In this document: positions 53,364 through 62,305 of the stretch, in pieces
Layout: each line of letters starts with the position of its first letter
Position numbering within the stretch: the first letter of the stretch is position 1
Source: an uncultured Lachnospiraceae bacterium
Lineage (GTDB): Bacteria; Bacillota; Clostridia; Oscillospirales; CAG-272
Assembly (NCBI GenBank): GCA_964569225.1
Contig: CAZMTU010000001.1
Location: forward strand, 2,422-66,421
Reading direction: 5' to 3'
Length of the DNA: 64,000 nt
Program-made: the position numbers and the translations under genes
The notes under the pieces: generated by a model
Told to the model about the DNA's origin: nothing
What the model saw: only the letters and a program-made list of their open reading frames with translations
Databases searched by the model: none

Positions 53364-56300
53364 TTAGCCCTTTGACGACAACTGAACCAACCGCTGACGG
53401 TGCAGCTTAGCCGCCTGCTCGGCGGCGGTCAGCAATTTTTCCGCTTCCTCCGGATTTTCCCGAACCAGACGGGCATAGCGGTTCTCGCTCAGCAGAAACG
53501 ACCGGAAATCACCCTTGGGAGAGGAACTGTCCAGCGTCAGCTTGCCGGCGCTCGGCGTGTCCAAATCAGTTTGCAGGCCCGGCATATAACGGAAAAGGGT
53601 AACATATCCGCATTCAACGGCCCGCTTCATTTGATTCTGACTTTCACCCATGCCGCCGCCGATGCCGTGCAGCTCGCAGGGGGAATAGGCAAGGATTAAA
53701 GACGGTCCCGGATAGGCTTCTGCTTCGGTAAATGCCGTTAAGGTTTGCTGCAGATCGGCGCCCATAGCTATCTGCGCTACATAGACATTTCCCAGTGTAA
53801 GGACAATTTCAGCTAAGCTTTTTTTACCTAACACCCGTCCCTTGCCCGCAAATCGGGCAACCTGCCCAATTCTGGAAGCACCGGACGCCTGTCCGCCGGT
53901 ATTAGAGTAAACTTCGGTGTCGAATACCAATACGTTTACATTCGCGCCGGAGGAAAGCACGTGCAGAAGGCCTCCCAGTCCGATGTCATATGCCCAGCCG
54001 TCGCCGCCGAACATCCACACCGATTTAGGGGCAAGTGAATCAACGCCGTTTATCAGTTCCTGCATCAAAGTAAGACGGCGGTTGGATTCAGCGCTTTTCT
54101 CATCCTGACAGTTCATGGCGGCATCTACCGCCGCCTGAATTTGTCCTACCAACCGATCGGCGGCGGATTGATTGGCTCTGCCGTCTTGGTAGGTGGCAAA
54201 ATAGCTGTCGATCGCCTCCAGCAGTACCCGATCGGTATTTTCAACACGGCGTGCTTTGTTTTCCGATTCTTTGATCATTCCGCGCAGACGCTCTAATTTT
54301 TGAGCAAGCGCCTGCCGTTGCGTTTTATGAGCAAGATAGATACCCAGTCCGTGTTCGGCGTTGTCTTCAAAGAGAGAATTGGCCCATGCCGGCCCCTTTC
54401 CGTCGGCGGGATGAGTGGTATAGGGCGAAACCGGCGCCGAGCCGCCCCAGATAGAGGAGCAGCCGGTGGCATTGGAAATGATCATGCGCCGGCCGAAGAG
54501 CTGTGTGGCGAGTCGGGCATAAGACGCCTGCGCGCATCCGGCGCAGGCCCCCGAAAATTCCAGCAGCGGACGGCTGAATTGAATCCCCTTTACGGTAGCA
54601 GGCGACCACGGAGTTGTTTTTTCGTTTACTTTGGATTGAGCATATTGGAAAATCGCCTGCTGAGGCTGTTCGTCCTCCCGTTTTTTCATGGACAGCGCAT
54701 GGGTGGGGCAAATCTTAGTGCAGAGGGTGCAGCCGGTGCAGTCTTCCGGCGAGATCACAATGGCAAAAGCAAGCTGCGCGGAATCTGCCGCTTCCGATTC
54801 GGAACCTGCGGAAGCGGCGGCTGTCTTCATCGGCAGCGCGGGACGGGCTGAGAATTTCATTTCTTTTGGCGCATTGTTTTTTTCTTCGGGATTCAGCAGG
54901 CAGGCACGAATCGCGGCATGAGGACAGACGAATGAGCATCTGCCGCATTGAATGCAGGGAATCGGATCCCATGAGGAAACCAGTTCCGCGATCCCGCGTT
55001 TTTCATAGGCGGACGTTCCGGCGGGCAAGCTGCCGTCGTCATAGGCTGCCAGCGCCGACACCGGCAGTTCATCTCCCCGCATTCGGCTGACTGGGCGAAG
55101 AATACGCTTTACATAATCGGGTGAATCGTCTTGTTTGCCGGCTTCGGATGCTTCATCTCTTAGGTCTGCCCATTCCTCCGGTACGGGCATGTGCAGGATC
55201 GTAAGCGAATGGGTGTTTGCGCTTTCAGATGTGTTTGAATCAGCGGAAAGCGCCATAGCAAAGGCGGCATGAATGGCGTCTGTGGTACGCTTCACCGCTT
55301 CGCCGCCTTTGGATGCATATGCCCGCGATGAAAGCGCGCAAAATTCCGTTTCCGCCTGATCGGGGGGAAGCAGTTTGCTCAGTGCCAGCATGGCGGATAC
55401 CAGCAGCATGCCTGTCCGTTTGCCGGTACCGTATTGCTCCGCCAGTGCCCGGACGGGGAAGAGGTAGAGCCTGATTTTGCGCTGTGCCAGCAGACGTTTT
55501 ACCGGAACGGCAAGCTGCATTGCCACTTTATCGGGAGAAAGACCGGTGGCGATCAGTAGAATGCCCCCTTCCTTCAGTGGATCTACTATTGGAAAATCGC
55601 TTCGAAGGTAGCCGATCTGACCGCAGATTGCCATATCCGCCTGTCTTACATAATAGCTGCTTCGAATAGGAGAGCGGGCGGTGCGCAGATGCGCAACGGT
55701 TACGCCGCCGGTTTTTTTGGAATCGTACTGAAAATACGCCTGTACATATCGGTCGCTTCCGTCCGCTTCAGGAGCGCCGCCTAATAATTTGGCGGCGCTT
55801 TTGACAGCGCTGACCATTCCGTCCCCGCCGATTCCCCAGCATTGACAGGCAAATTCTGTTTTCCCCATTTCTGCTTCGGAAGCGGCAGGCAGCGAAAGAT
55901 GAGTGACATCGTCAATAATGCCCAGCGTGAAAGGCGAATGAGGATGATCCTGCTTCAGGTGCTCAAAACAGGCCATGATCGCTGAAGGCGGAGTATCCTT
56001 GGATCCCAGCCCGTAGCGCCCTCCCAGAACCTCTATGGTCCTGTCAGAGCGGGATAAGGCGGCGGCGATTTCTAAATAAAGCGGTTCCCCAAAGGCACCG
56101 GGCTCTTTGCCTCTGTCTAGTACAGCCAATCTGCGGCAGGCTACCGGCAATGCCGTCAGAAAACGTTTTGAGTCAAACGGATGGTAAAGCCGAACCTGCA
56201 CAAGTCCGACCTTTTCACCCTTGCTTAAAAGATGATCTACCACCTCTTTAGCGCATTCACAAACCGAGCCCATGGCGGCGATCACCCGTTCGGCGTCGGG

Positions 56301-57095
56301 AGCGCCGTAATAGCCGAACAGCCGGTAATTCTGACCGGTCATGTCGTTCACACGGTCCATGATTTGTTGGGTAATGTCCGGCAGAGCGTTATATGCAGGA
56401 TTGGAGGCTTCCCGATGCTGGAAAAAGAGATCACCGTTTTCGGCGCTTCCTCGCAATATGGGATGAGAGGGGGACAGCGATCTTTGCCGAAAGTCCGCCA
56501 GCGCCTTGCAGTCGATCAGCGATCTCAGCTCTTCTTCTGACCATACCTCTATTTTTTGCAGCTCATGAGAGGTTCGGAATCCATCGAAGAAGGGCATAAA
56601 AGGAATTCGTCCGGTCAGTGCCGCGGCATGCGCCACAGGCGCAAGGTCCATGATCTCCTGCACAGAGGAAAGTGCCAGCAATGCCAAGCCTGCCGGTCGG
56701 GCAGCGTATACATCGGAATGATCTCCGAAAATCGACAGTGCGTGAGAAGCGATGCTTCTGGCTGCCACATATACCACAGCAGGCAGCCGCTCTCCTGCGA
56801 TCTTATAGAGATTGGGCAGCATAAGCAGCAAGCCCTGCGAGGAGGTGAAGGTAGTTGCCAGCGCGCCTGCTGACAGCGCGCCGTGCAGTACGCCCGCGGC
56901 ACCTCCTTCCGATTGCATTTCGGTCACACTGACCGGACTGCCCCACAGATTGGGCTTTCCTTCTGATGACCATGTATCTACCTGCTCTGCCATAGGCGAA
57001 GAGGGGGTAATAGGGTAGATCGCCGCCAATTCACTGAAAGCATAGGCTACATGTGCGGCGGCGGTATTTCCGTCCATTATTTTGGTTGAGCGCAT
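53364..57095 (-). CDS. nifJ: Pyruvate:ferredoxin/flavodoxin oxidoreductase
   Basis: Two ferredoxin motifs (CIQCGRCSFVCP, CTGCTLCTKICP) and the TPP motif GGDGWAYDIG. Start taken at the ATG at 57095 with a GGAGG RBS. Confidence 0.95.
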   Translation of the reverse strand: MRSTKIMDGNTAAAHVAYAFSELAAIYPITPSSPMAEQVDTWSSEGKPNLWGSPVSVTEMQSEGGAAGVLHGALSAGALATTFTSSQGLLLMLPNLYKIAGERLPAVVYVAARSIASHALSIFGDHSDVYAARPAGLALLALSSVQEIMDLAPVAHAAALTGRIPFMPFFDGFRTSHELQKIEVWSEEELRSLIDCKALADFRQRSLSPSHPILRGSAENGDLFFQHREASNPAYNALPDITQQIMDRVNDMTGQNYRLFGYYGAPDAERVIAAMGSVCECAKEVVDHLLSKGEKVGLVQVRLYHPFDSKRFLTALPVACRRLAVLDRGKEPGAFGEPLYLEIAAALSRSDRTIEVLGGRYGLGSKDTPPSAIMACFEHLKQDHPHSPFTLGIIDDVTHLSLPAASEAEMGKTEFACQCWGIGGDGMVSAVKSAAKLLGGAPEADGSDRYVQAYFQYDSKKTGGVTVAHLRTARSPIRSSYYVRQADMAICGQIGYLRSDFPIVDPLKEGGILLIATGLSPDKVAMQLAVPVKRLLAQRKIRLYLFPVRALAEQYGTGKRTGMLLVSAMLALSKLLPPDQAETEFCALSSRAYASKGGEAVKRTTDAIHAAFAMALSADSNTSESANTHSLTILHMPVPEEWADLRDEASEAGKQDDSPDYVKRILRPVSRMRGDELPVSALAAYDDGSLPAGTSAYEKRGIAELVSSWDPIPCIQCGRCSFVCPHAAIRACLLNPEEKNNAPKEMKFSARPALPMKTAAASAGSESEAADSAQLAFAIVISPEDCTGCTLCTKICPTHALSMKKREDEQPQQAIFQYAQSKVNEKTTPWSPATVKGIQFSRPLLEFSGACAGCAQASYARLATQLFGRRMIISNATGCSSIWGGSAPVSPYTTHPADGKGPAWANSLFEDNAEHGLGIYLAHKTQRQALAQKLERLRGMIKESENKARRVENTDRVLLEAIDSYFATYQDGRANQSAADRLVGQIQAAVDAAMNCQDEKSAESNRRLTLMQELINGVDSLAPKSVWMFGGDGWAYDIGLGGLLHVLSSGANVNVLVFDTEVYSNTGGQASGASRIGQVARFAGKGRVLGKKSLAEIVLTLGNVYVAQIAMGADLQQTLTAFTEAEAYPGPSLILAYSPCELHGIGGGMGESQNQMKRAVECGYVTLFRYMPGLQTDLDTPSAGKLTLDSSSPKGDFRSFLLSENRYARLVRENPEEAEKLLTAAEQAAKLHRQRLVQLSSKG

Positions 57096-57454
57096 AAAAA
57101 CCTCCGATTTGTTTTTTATAGTATGGACGAAAAAGCAGGAGAACATACCGTTCGGGATCTTTTCGGAGGATATTTCATTTGACAGCTTAATGGCTGCATG
57201 CTGCAATAAAGATAATGAAATTATGTGCGGACAATAAAGACGCTGTTTGTCGGAATTATGCTCTGACATTTGATAAAGATAGATAAAACGGAAAATTTTT
57301 TAAAGCTTTGGCGGAACGGTAAAATAATTATATTGCCGCGGAGCGCAGGCAAGCCAAGGCTTATGAAACTCAAAAAGGTAAAAAGTTAATGCTCAAAAGA
57401 TTGGTACCGGTTTTCGCTTAGCGCGAGATTGCGGGCGTGCAGAAAAATTTAAGC

Positions 57455-57600
57455 TTGAAAATGTAGAAAATCAGTCAAAATTTGAGGGTTTGGGAAGGCT
57501 TTTAAAAGACTTTTTTACATTTTCTAAATGTAAAGCTTGGAGAAATTCATAATTGGGCTTGTTCTTTGGCAAAGGTCCTCCGCAAAGGATGGCTTTAGAC
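57455..57600. repeat. Intergenic repeat module 'beta', copy F (partial)
   Basis: GTAGAAAATCAGTCAAAATTTGAGGG...CTTGGAGAAATTCATAATTGGGCTTGTTCTTT aligns with 52985-53105. Confidence 0.5.
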
Positions 57601-57735
57601 TGAAACGAATTATATTGCTGTTTATTTCATGAATATTGCGTATTTGAATGTACTTTGTTGACAACTTATAAAAGATGCTGATATAATTTATTTACCTTTT
57701 AGACATAAAAGAGAAAAAATGAAAAGGAACTGCTT

Positions 57736-59322
57736 ATGAAACAAGTTCTGAATATTGTAAATTTTATCCGCGCGGTAGAGCCGAGGGAAGGGGAAGATTG
57801 GGACTTGGCGCGGCCGGTAAAGGAGCAGATCAGGCTGATCGACCGGTACGGTTTTTCCGCTACCTTCCTGATACAGTATGACGCGCTGCTGATGCCCGAA
57901 TATCAGGCACTGCTCCGGTCGTTGGATCCTGCCCGTTATGAAATCGGTGTATGGTACGAAATTGTGGAGCCGCTCGCACGCGCCTGCAAAATTGATTGGC
58001 GGGGACGCTGGTCATGGGATCCTCACTGTCACTGCGGTTTTCCGGTAGGTTATCCGAAAGCGCAGCGGGAAATGCTGATCGACGAGCTTTTCCGCGCGTT
58101 CCGGGAAGTGTTTGGCTATTATCCCCGGGTGTTTGGCTCGTGGTTCTACGATTCCCATACGGTTCGCCATATATGCGATCGGTATGGGCTGGATGCACTC
58201 TGCAACTGCAAGGAACAGTATGGTACCGATGGCTATACCCTTTGGGGCGGCTATTATGGACAGGGATATTATCCCAGCCGCCGAAATGTGTTTATGCCTG
58301 CGGGTAGCGCGGAAATGAAGCTGCCGGTACCGCTTTTCCGAATGCTGGGTTCCGATCCGGTCTATCAGTATGATTTCGGAACGGACGCTCAAAACGGCGC
58401 CCGACCTGTACAGGGAGTGATCACGCTGGAACCGGTATACAAACGGGCAGGCGGCGGGCTGCCGGCATGGGTAGACTGGTTTTTAAGGGAAAACTACAAC
58501 GGCGAGTGCCTGTCTTTCGGATATGCGCAGGCCGGACAGGAAAATTCCTTTGGCTGGGAGGCTATGAGAGAGGGACTGACCTATCAGTTTGACTGCTTTT
58601 ATCGAATGGTATCGGAGGGGAAACTTATAGTAGAGCCGCTGGGCGCTACCGGACGCCGTTTTAAAGCCGATTATCCGGATACGCCCCCGTCCGCTATTAC
58701 CGCTCATTCCGCTTACGATGATCCCGATAAGGATTCGGTATGGTATTCCTCCAAATACTATCGGATCAATCTGTATGGAGAAAGGGGACAATGGCGTGTT
58801 CGGGACCTTCATGTGTTCAGTGACGCGCATCCCGATCCCTATGAAACGGAGATTTGTACCGGCAACGACGCCTGCTATGAAACGCTGCCGGCGGCGGATG
58901 GGAATTTGTTCAGCGGAAACGGAATTACAGCGGGCGTCTATCTCACTGATCTGAACGGCAATAAAATACCGGATTACCGGCAAATGCGGTTTACCGATTT
59001 AGGGAACGGACGGGCGCGCGTTTGGTTTGCCGGCGAGAATAATGGAAATGAGGAAAAGACGGAAATAATTCTATCAGAGGATAGCGTTGGAATTAGACGG
59101 TCATCAGATTTTCTGTTGACTAACCGTATCGGGACGAAGGGGACTCATCTGCCGGATGTGCTGTCGGTGAGTGAAAAGCAGTTGAAGCTTTGCTATAAGG
59201 GGACTGCCTATACCCTCACGTTGTCTGCGGGACGTTTTTTGGACGCCGCGCATATCCGCTCAGAAAGTGGAAAGGTGACGCTTTGCCTTCGGCAGGAACA
59301 GGCGTCGGATGATGTGACCTGA
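57736..59322 (+). CDS. Hypothetical protein (528 aa), possibly carbohydrate-active
   Basis: Clean ORF with an AAAGGA RBS. The N-terminal NIVNFIRAVEPR... pattern is reminiscent of DUF3863/deacetylase-like barrels, but I cannot confirm this. Confidence 0.6.
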   Translation: MKQVLNIVNFIRAVEPREGEDWDLARPVKEQIRLIDRYGFSATFLIQYDALLMPEYQALLRSLDPARYEIGVWYEIVEPLARACKIDWRGRWSWDPHCHCGFPVGYPKAQREMLIDELFRAFREVFGYYPRVFGSWFYDSHTVRHICDRYGLDALCNCKEQYGTDGYTLWGGYYGQGYYPSRRNVFMPAGSAEMKLPVPLFRMLGSDPVYQYDFGTDAQNGARPVQGVITLEPVYKRAGGGLPAWVDWFLRENYNGECLSFGYAQAGQENSFGWEAMREGLTYQFDCFYRMVSEGKLIVEPLGATGRRFKADYPDTPPSAITAHSAYDDPDKDSVWYSSKYYRINLYGERGQWRVRDLHVFSDAHPDPYETEICTGNDACYETLPAADGNLFSGNGITAGVYLTDLNGNKIPDYRQMRFTDLGNGRARVWFAGENNGNEEKTEIILSEDSVGIRRSSDFLLTNRIGTKGTHLPDVLSVSEKQLKLCYKGTAYTLTLSAGRFLDAAHIRSESGKVTLCLRQEQASDDVT

Positions 59323-59504
59323 TTTCGTTTTACAGCTTTGTTTGATCCCGGAAGATTTATTCCCTGACAAACAGCGAAGGTATCTCAAATAGCCGGTTTA
59401 GGCGCCGTAAGGGCAATCTTTGGGTTTATGATCAATTGATTGACCGCAAATGGGATATACTGAGCATAGCGTAATGCTTTGAAATTATTGTCAGGAGGAT
59501 AAAA

Positions 59505-60734
59505 ATGGCAAATAAAGAAGAGTGGCTTCGGGAAGCCGAACAGCTATTTGATATTCTTGTGGAAGAAAGGAGAACGCTGCACCGGAACGCGGAAATCGGC
59601 TTTGATTTGTGCCAAACGGTTTCATTTGTGAAGCAAGAACTGACGGCTATTGGGCTTCAGCCGGTCGATTGCGGCAGGGCGGGCGTTACCGCGCTGGCAG
59701 GCGGGCGGAAGCCAGGTAAGGTATTTTTACTGCGGGCGGATATGGACGCGCTTCCCATTCGGGAAGAATCGGATGTGACGTTCGCGTCCCGTAACGGTCA
59801 TATGCATGCCTGCGGTCACGATATGCATACTGCCATGCTGCTGGGTGCCGCCAGACTGCTAAAGGCCCATGAGGATGAAATCGAAGGTACTGTCAAGCTC
59901 ATGTTTCAGCCGGCCGAGGAGATTCTTGAGGGCGCTCGTGATATGATCGAGGCAGGCGTATTAGAAAATCCGAAAGCAGACGCGGCGCTAATGATCCATG
60001 TTATGGCGGGAATGCCCCTTCCAGCAGGAACCGCGGTTGTAGCCGCTCCGGGGGTCAGCGCGCCGGCGGCAGATTACTTTGAGATCAAGGTGCAGGGGAA
60101 AGGCTGTCACGGCTCTATGCCTAATGCCGGTGTAGATCCGCTGACGGCTGCCGCGCATATTTTAATCGGGTTACAGGCCATTCATGCCAGAGAATTGGCG
60201 TTGGACGAACGCGCGGTGCTGACTGTTGGCAGAATGGAGGCGGGAAATGCCGCTAATGTAATTCCGGATAGTGTTATAATGAATGGCGCTATTCGTGCTT
60301 TTGACGAAGAAACAAGGAATTTTATTAAGCAGCGGACGGTTGAGATTGCCGAAGGAACTGCCGCGATTTTTCGGGCGAAGGCTTCAGTCGATTTCGGAAG
60401 CGGCTGTCCGGCGCTTGTCAATGACAGCGCGTTGGCTGGCTGCGCTGAATCGTATGTCAGGGAATTGCTGGGAGGCGGGAGGGTTTATTCGGCTGCGCAG
60501 CTCAGCATCGTGGGCGGCGGAAGAGAAGCTAAGCCTGCCGGTTCGGAGGATTTTGCTTATATTAGTCAAAGAGTTCCGTCTGTTATGTTGGCGTTGGCAG
60601 CGGGCGAGTCGGAAAAGGGGTATGGCTATCCGCAGCATCATCCCATGGTAAAATTTGACGAGCGCGTGCTTCCGACTGGAAGCGCGGTTTACGCATATTC
60701 GGCGTTTCGCTGGCTGCAAACACATAGGAATTGA
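59505..60734 (+). CDS. M20-family amidohydrolase (N-acyl-amino-acid amidohydrolase-like)
   Basis: HACGHDMH metal site, FQPAEE, and a dimerisation-lid region. Confidence 0.9.
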   Translation: MANKEEWLREAEQLFDILVEERRTLHRNAEIGFDLCQTVSFVKQELTAIGLQPVDCGRAGVTALAGGRKPGKVFLLRADMDALPIREESDVTFASRNGHMHACGHDMHTAMLLGAARLLKAHEDEIEGTVKLMFQPAEEILEGARDMIEAGVLENPKADAALMIHVMAGMPLPAGTAVVAAPGVSAPAADYFEIKVQGKGCHGSMPNAGVDPLTAAAHILIGLQAIHARELALDERAVLTVGRMEAGNAANVIPDSVIMNGAIRAFDEETRNFIKQRTVEIAEGTAAIFRAKASVDFGSGCPALVNDSALAGCAESYVRELLGGGRVYSAAQLSIVGGGREAKPAGSEDFAYISQRVPSVMLALAAGESEKGYGYPQHHPMVKFDERVLPTGSAVYAYSAFRWLQTHRN

Positions 60735-60792
60735 ATGATAGGCGCTTTAAAACAGGCATAAGCGGCTCTTTTTCTGTAAAAGTAAAGATCAA

Positions 60793-61382
60793 GCGGGCTG
60801 TAACATTTAGATGTTACAACCCGCTTCAGGTCGTCGAAAAACTATAATTGTTTGGCAGCTTGCAAAAAAGTTTTGATCGACCTTTTCTCAAAAGGTCGTG
60901 GGTACTTAGGGCGAAGCCCTAAGCCGCCCTCCGCAGAGGGTGAAATGCCCGGCCTTTCTCTTTTTGAGCGCTTTTTTCTCTTGGGCCTTTTTAGGCAGGA
61001 AAAAAAAGCGAACAAACGATTTGCGCGTTTTAACGAACAGCGCAATTTATTCTGGAATTTCTCGACAGACCGGCGGGCTGTAACATTTAAATGTTACAGC
61101 CCGCTTCAGGCGGTCGAAAAACTATAATTGTTTGACAGCTTGCAAAAAAGTTTTGATCGACCTTTTTTCAAAAGGTCGTGGGTGCTTAGGGCGAAGCCCT
61201 AAGCCGCCCTTCGCAGGGGGGCGAAATACCCAGCCTTTCTCTTTTTGAGCGCTTTTTCTCTTGGGCCTTTTTAGGCAGGAAAAAAGCGAACAAACGATTT
61301 GCGCGTTTTAACGAACAGCGCAATTTATTCTGGAATTTCTTGACAGACCGGCGGGTTGTAGCATCTAAATGCTACAACCCGC
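60793..61382. repeat. Tandem repeat: two units (280 and 278 bp) delimited by three 32-nt hairpins
   Basis: Hairpins at 60793-60824, 61073-61104 and 61351-61382. Units are about 95% identical with small indels. Confidence 0.9.
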
Positions 61383-61426
61383 TTTTTGTGATGCGCAAAT
61401 AGAATGAATATATAAAAATGTGCGCT

Positions 61427-62191
61427 TTATATTTGTACGGTGTTTAATTCCCGCGGGCTGATCCCCATAATTTTTTGAAACGCCCGATTGAAGCTGCGGG
61501 GAGAAGAGAAGCCGCAGCGTCCGGAAATCTCAGTGACAGAAAGATCAGTCGTGCGCAGCAGGGTAAGCGCCAGATCAATACGGTAGCTGTTAAGCAGATT
61601 GCGGAAGTTCATCCCGAAGCTGGAATTAATGAAATCGGAAAGATAGCAGTAGTTATATCCCAGCTCTTTGGCAAGAGAATCCAAATTTATGTCGCTTTTG
61701 TAATGCTCGTAAATATAATCGGCGATCTTGTGCACCAGCAGGTCGTTCCGCTGTTCGGAAATAGTCGGTTCGCAGACCGCATATGCTTCAGCACAGATCC
61801 CGTAGAGTAGGCTCATGCAGTGAAAGGGCTGATCGGCGTTTAGTGACAGAAGCGCGTCATACGCTGCATAATCAAAAATCGGTTTCTGAAAGTCGCAGTT
61901 TCTGACAGCGGAATAGAAATCTTTTACATAATCAGTTGAAAAAATCACTGTAATATTCTCAGACTCTGCGCCCTCAGGCACAGAGAAATGATGTACCCGA
62001 TTGGGAAGAATCAACATGGCCTGTCCTGCCCGAAGTGTATAGGATACGCCGGAAAGCACGGCCTGTGTGACGCCTTTCGTCACCGTCATGAATTCAAAAC
62101 TGGAGTGCATATGGTCTCCAAAGGTGAGATTGCGGGTATATCCTACATAGAGATAGCGCTGCAATTCTGAGCGCGATCGTTCATATATCAT
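61427..62191 (-). CDS. AraC-family transcriptional regulator (cupin + HTH)
   Basis: C-terminal double HTH ...ISGRCGFSSPRSFNRAFQKIMGISPRE. GGGGAG RBS. Confidence 0.9.
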   Translation of the reverse strand: MIYERSRSELQRYLYVGYTRNLTFGDHMHSSFEFMTVTKGVTQAVLSGVSYTLRAGQAMLILPNRVHHFSVPEGAESENITVIFSTDYVKDFYSAVRNCDFQKPIFDYAAYDALLSLNADQPFHCMSLLYGICAEAYAVCEPTISEQRNDLLVHKIADYIYEHYKSDINLDSLAKELGYNYCYLSDFINSSFGMNFRNLLNSYRIDLALTLLRTTDLSVTEISGRCGFSSPRSFNRAFQKIMGISPRELNTVQI

Positions 62192-62305
62192 AATGCTCCC
62201 CTGTAAAACCTAAACTTTTGTCCTCTATTGTAAAACTTTTTTCTTGAAATGTCAAGTATGTTTTTGTTATAATGAAGGCAGAAACAGGGAAAGGACGGGA
62301 ATTTT

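Noticed and set aside
53400-57018. Many antisense or out-of-frame ORFs of 60-190 aa. They lie inside PFOR and likewise inside GH92 (e.g. 47379-47930, 48009-48575), spoIIE (40044-40577), the transglutaminase gene (25749-26282), the ABC permease (7916-8509) and the Y-family polymerase gene (3021-3533).
   Set aside because: These are shadow ORFs typical of GC-balanced coding DNA. They have no RBS, their composition is odd (Arg/Ser/Gly/Pro rich), and they are fully nested in genes with strong motif support.
60842-61127. ORFs of 67 aa (minus) and 91 aa (plus) inside the tandem repeat
   Set aside because: The second repeat copy carries 1-2 nt indels that destroy both frames. There is no RBS, and the sequence is dominated by stems. 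I treat it as non-coding.
60793-61382. Palindromic 32-nt repeats spaced about 250 bp apart as a CRISPR-like array
   Set aside because: The 'spacers' are about 95% identical copies of each other, so this is a tandem duplication rather than a spacer array.
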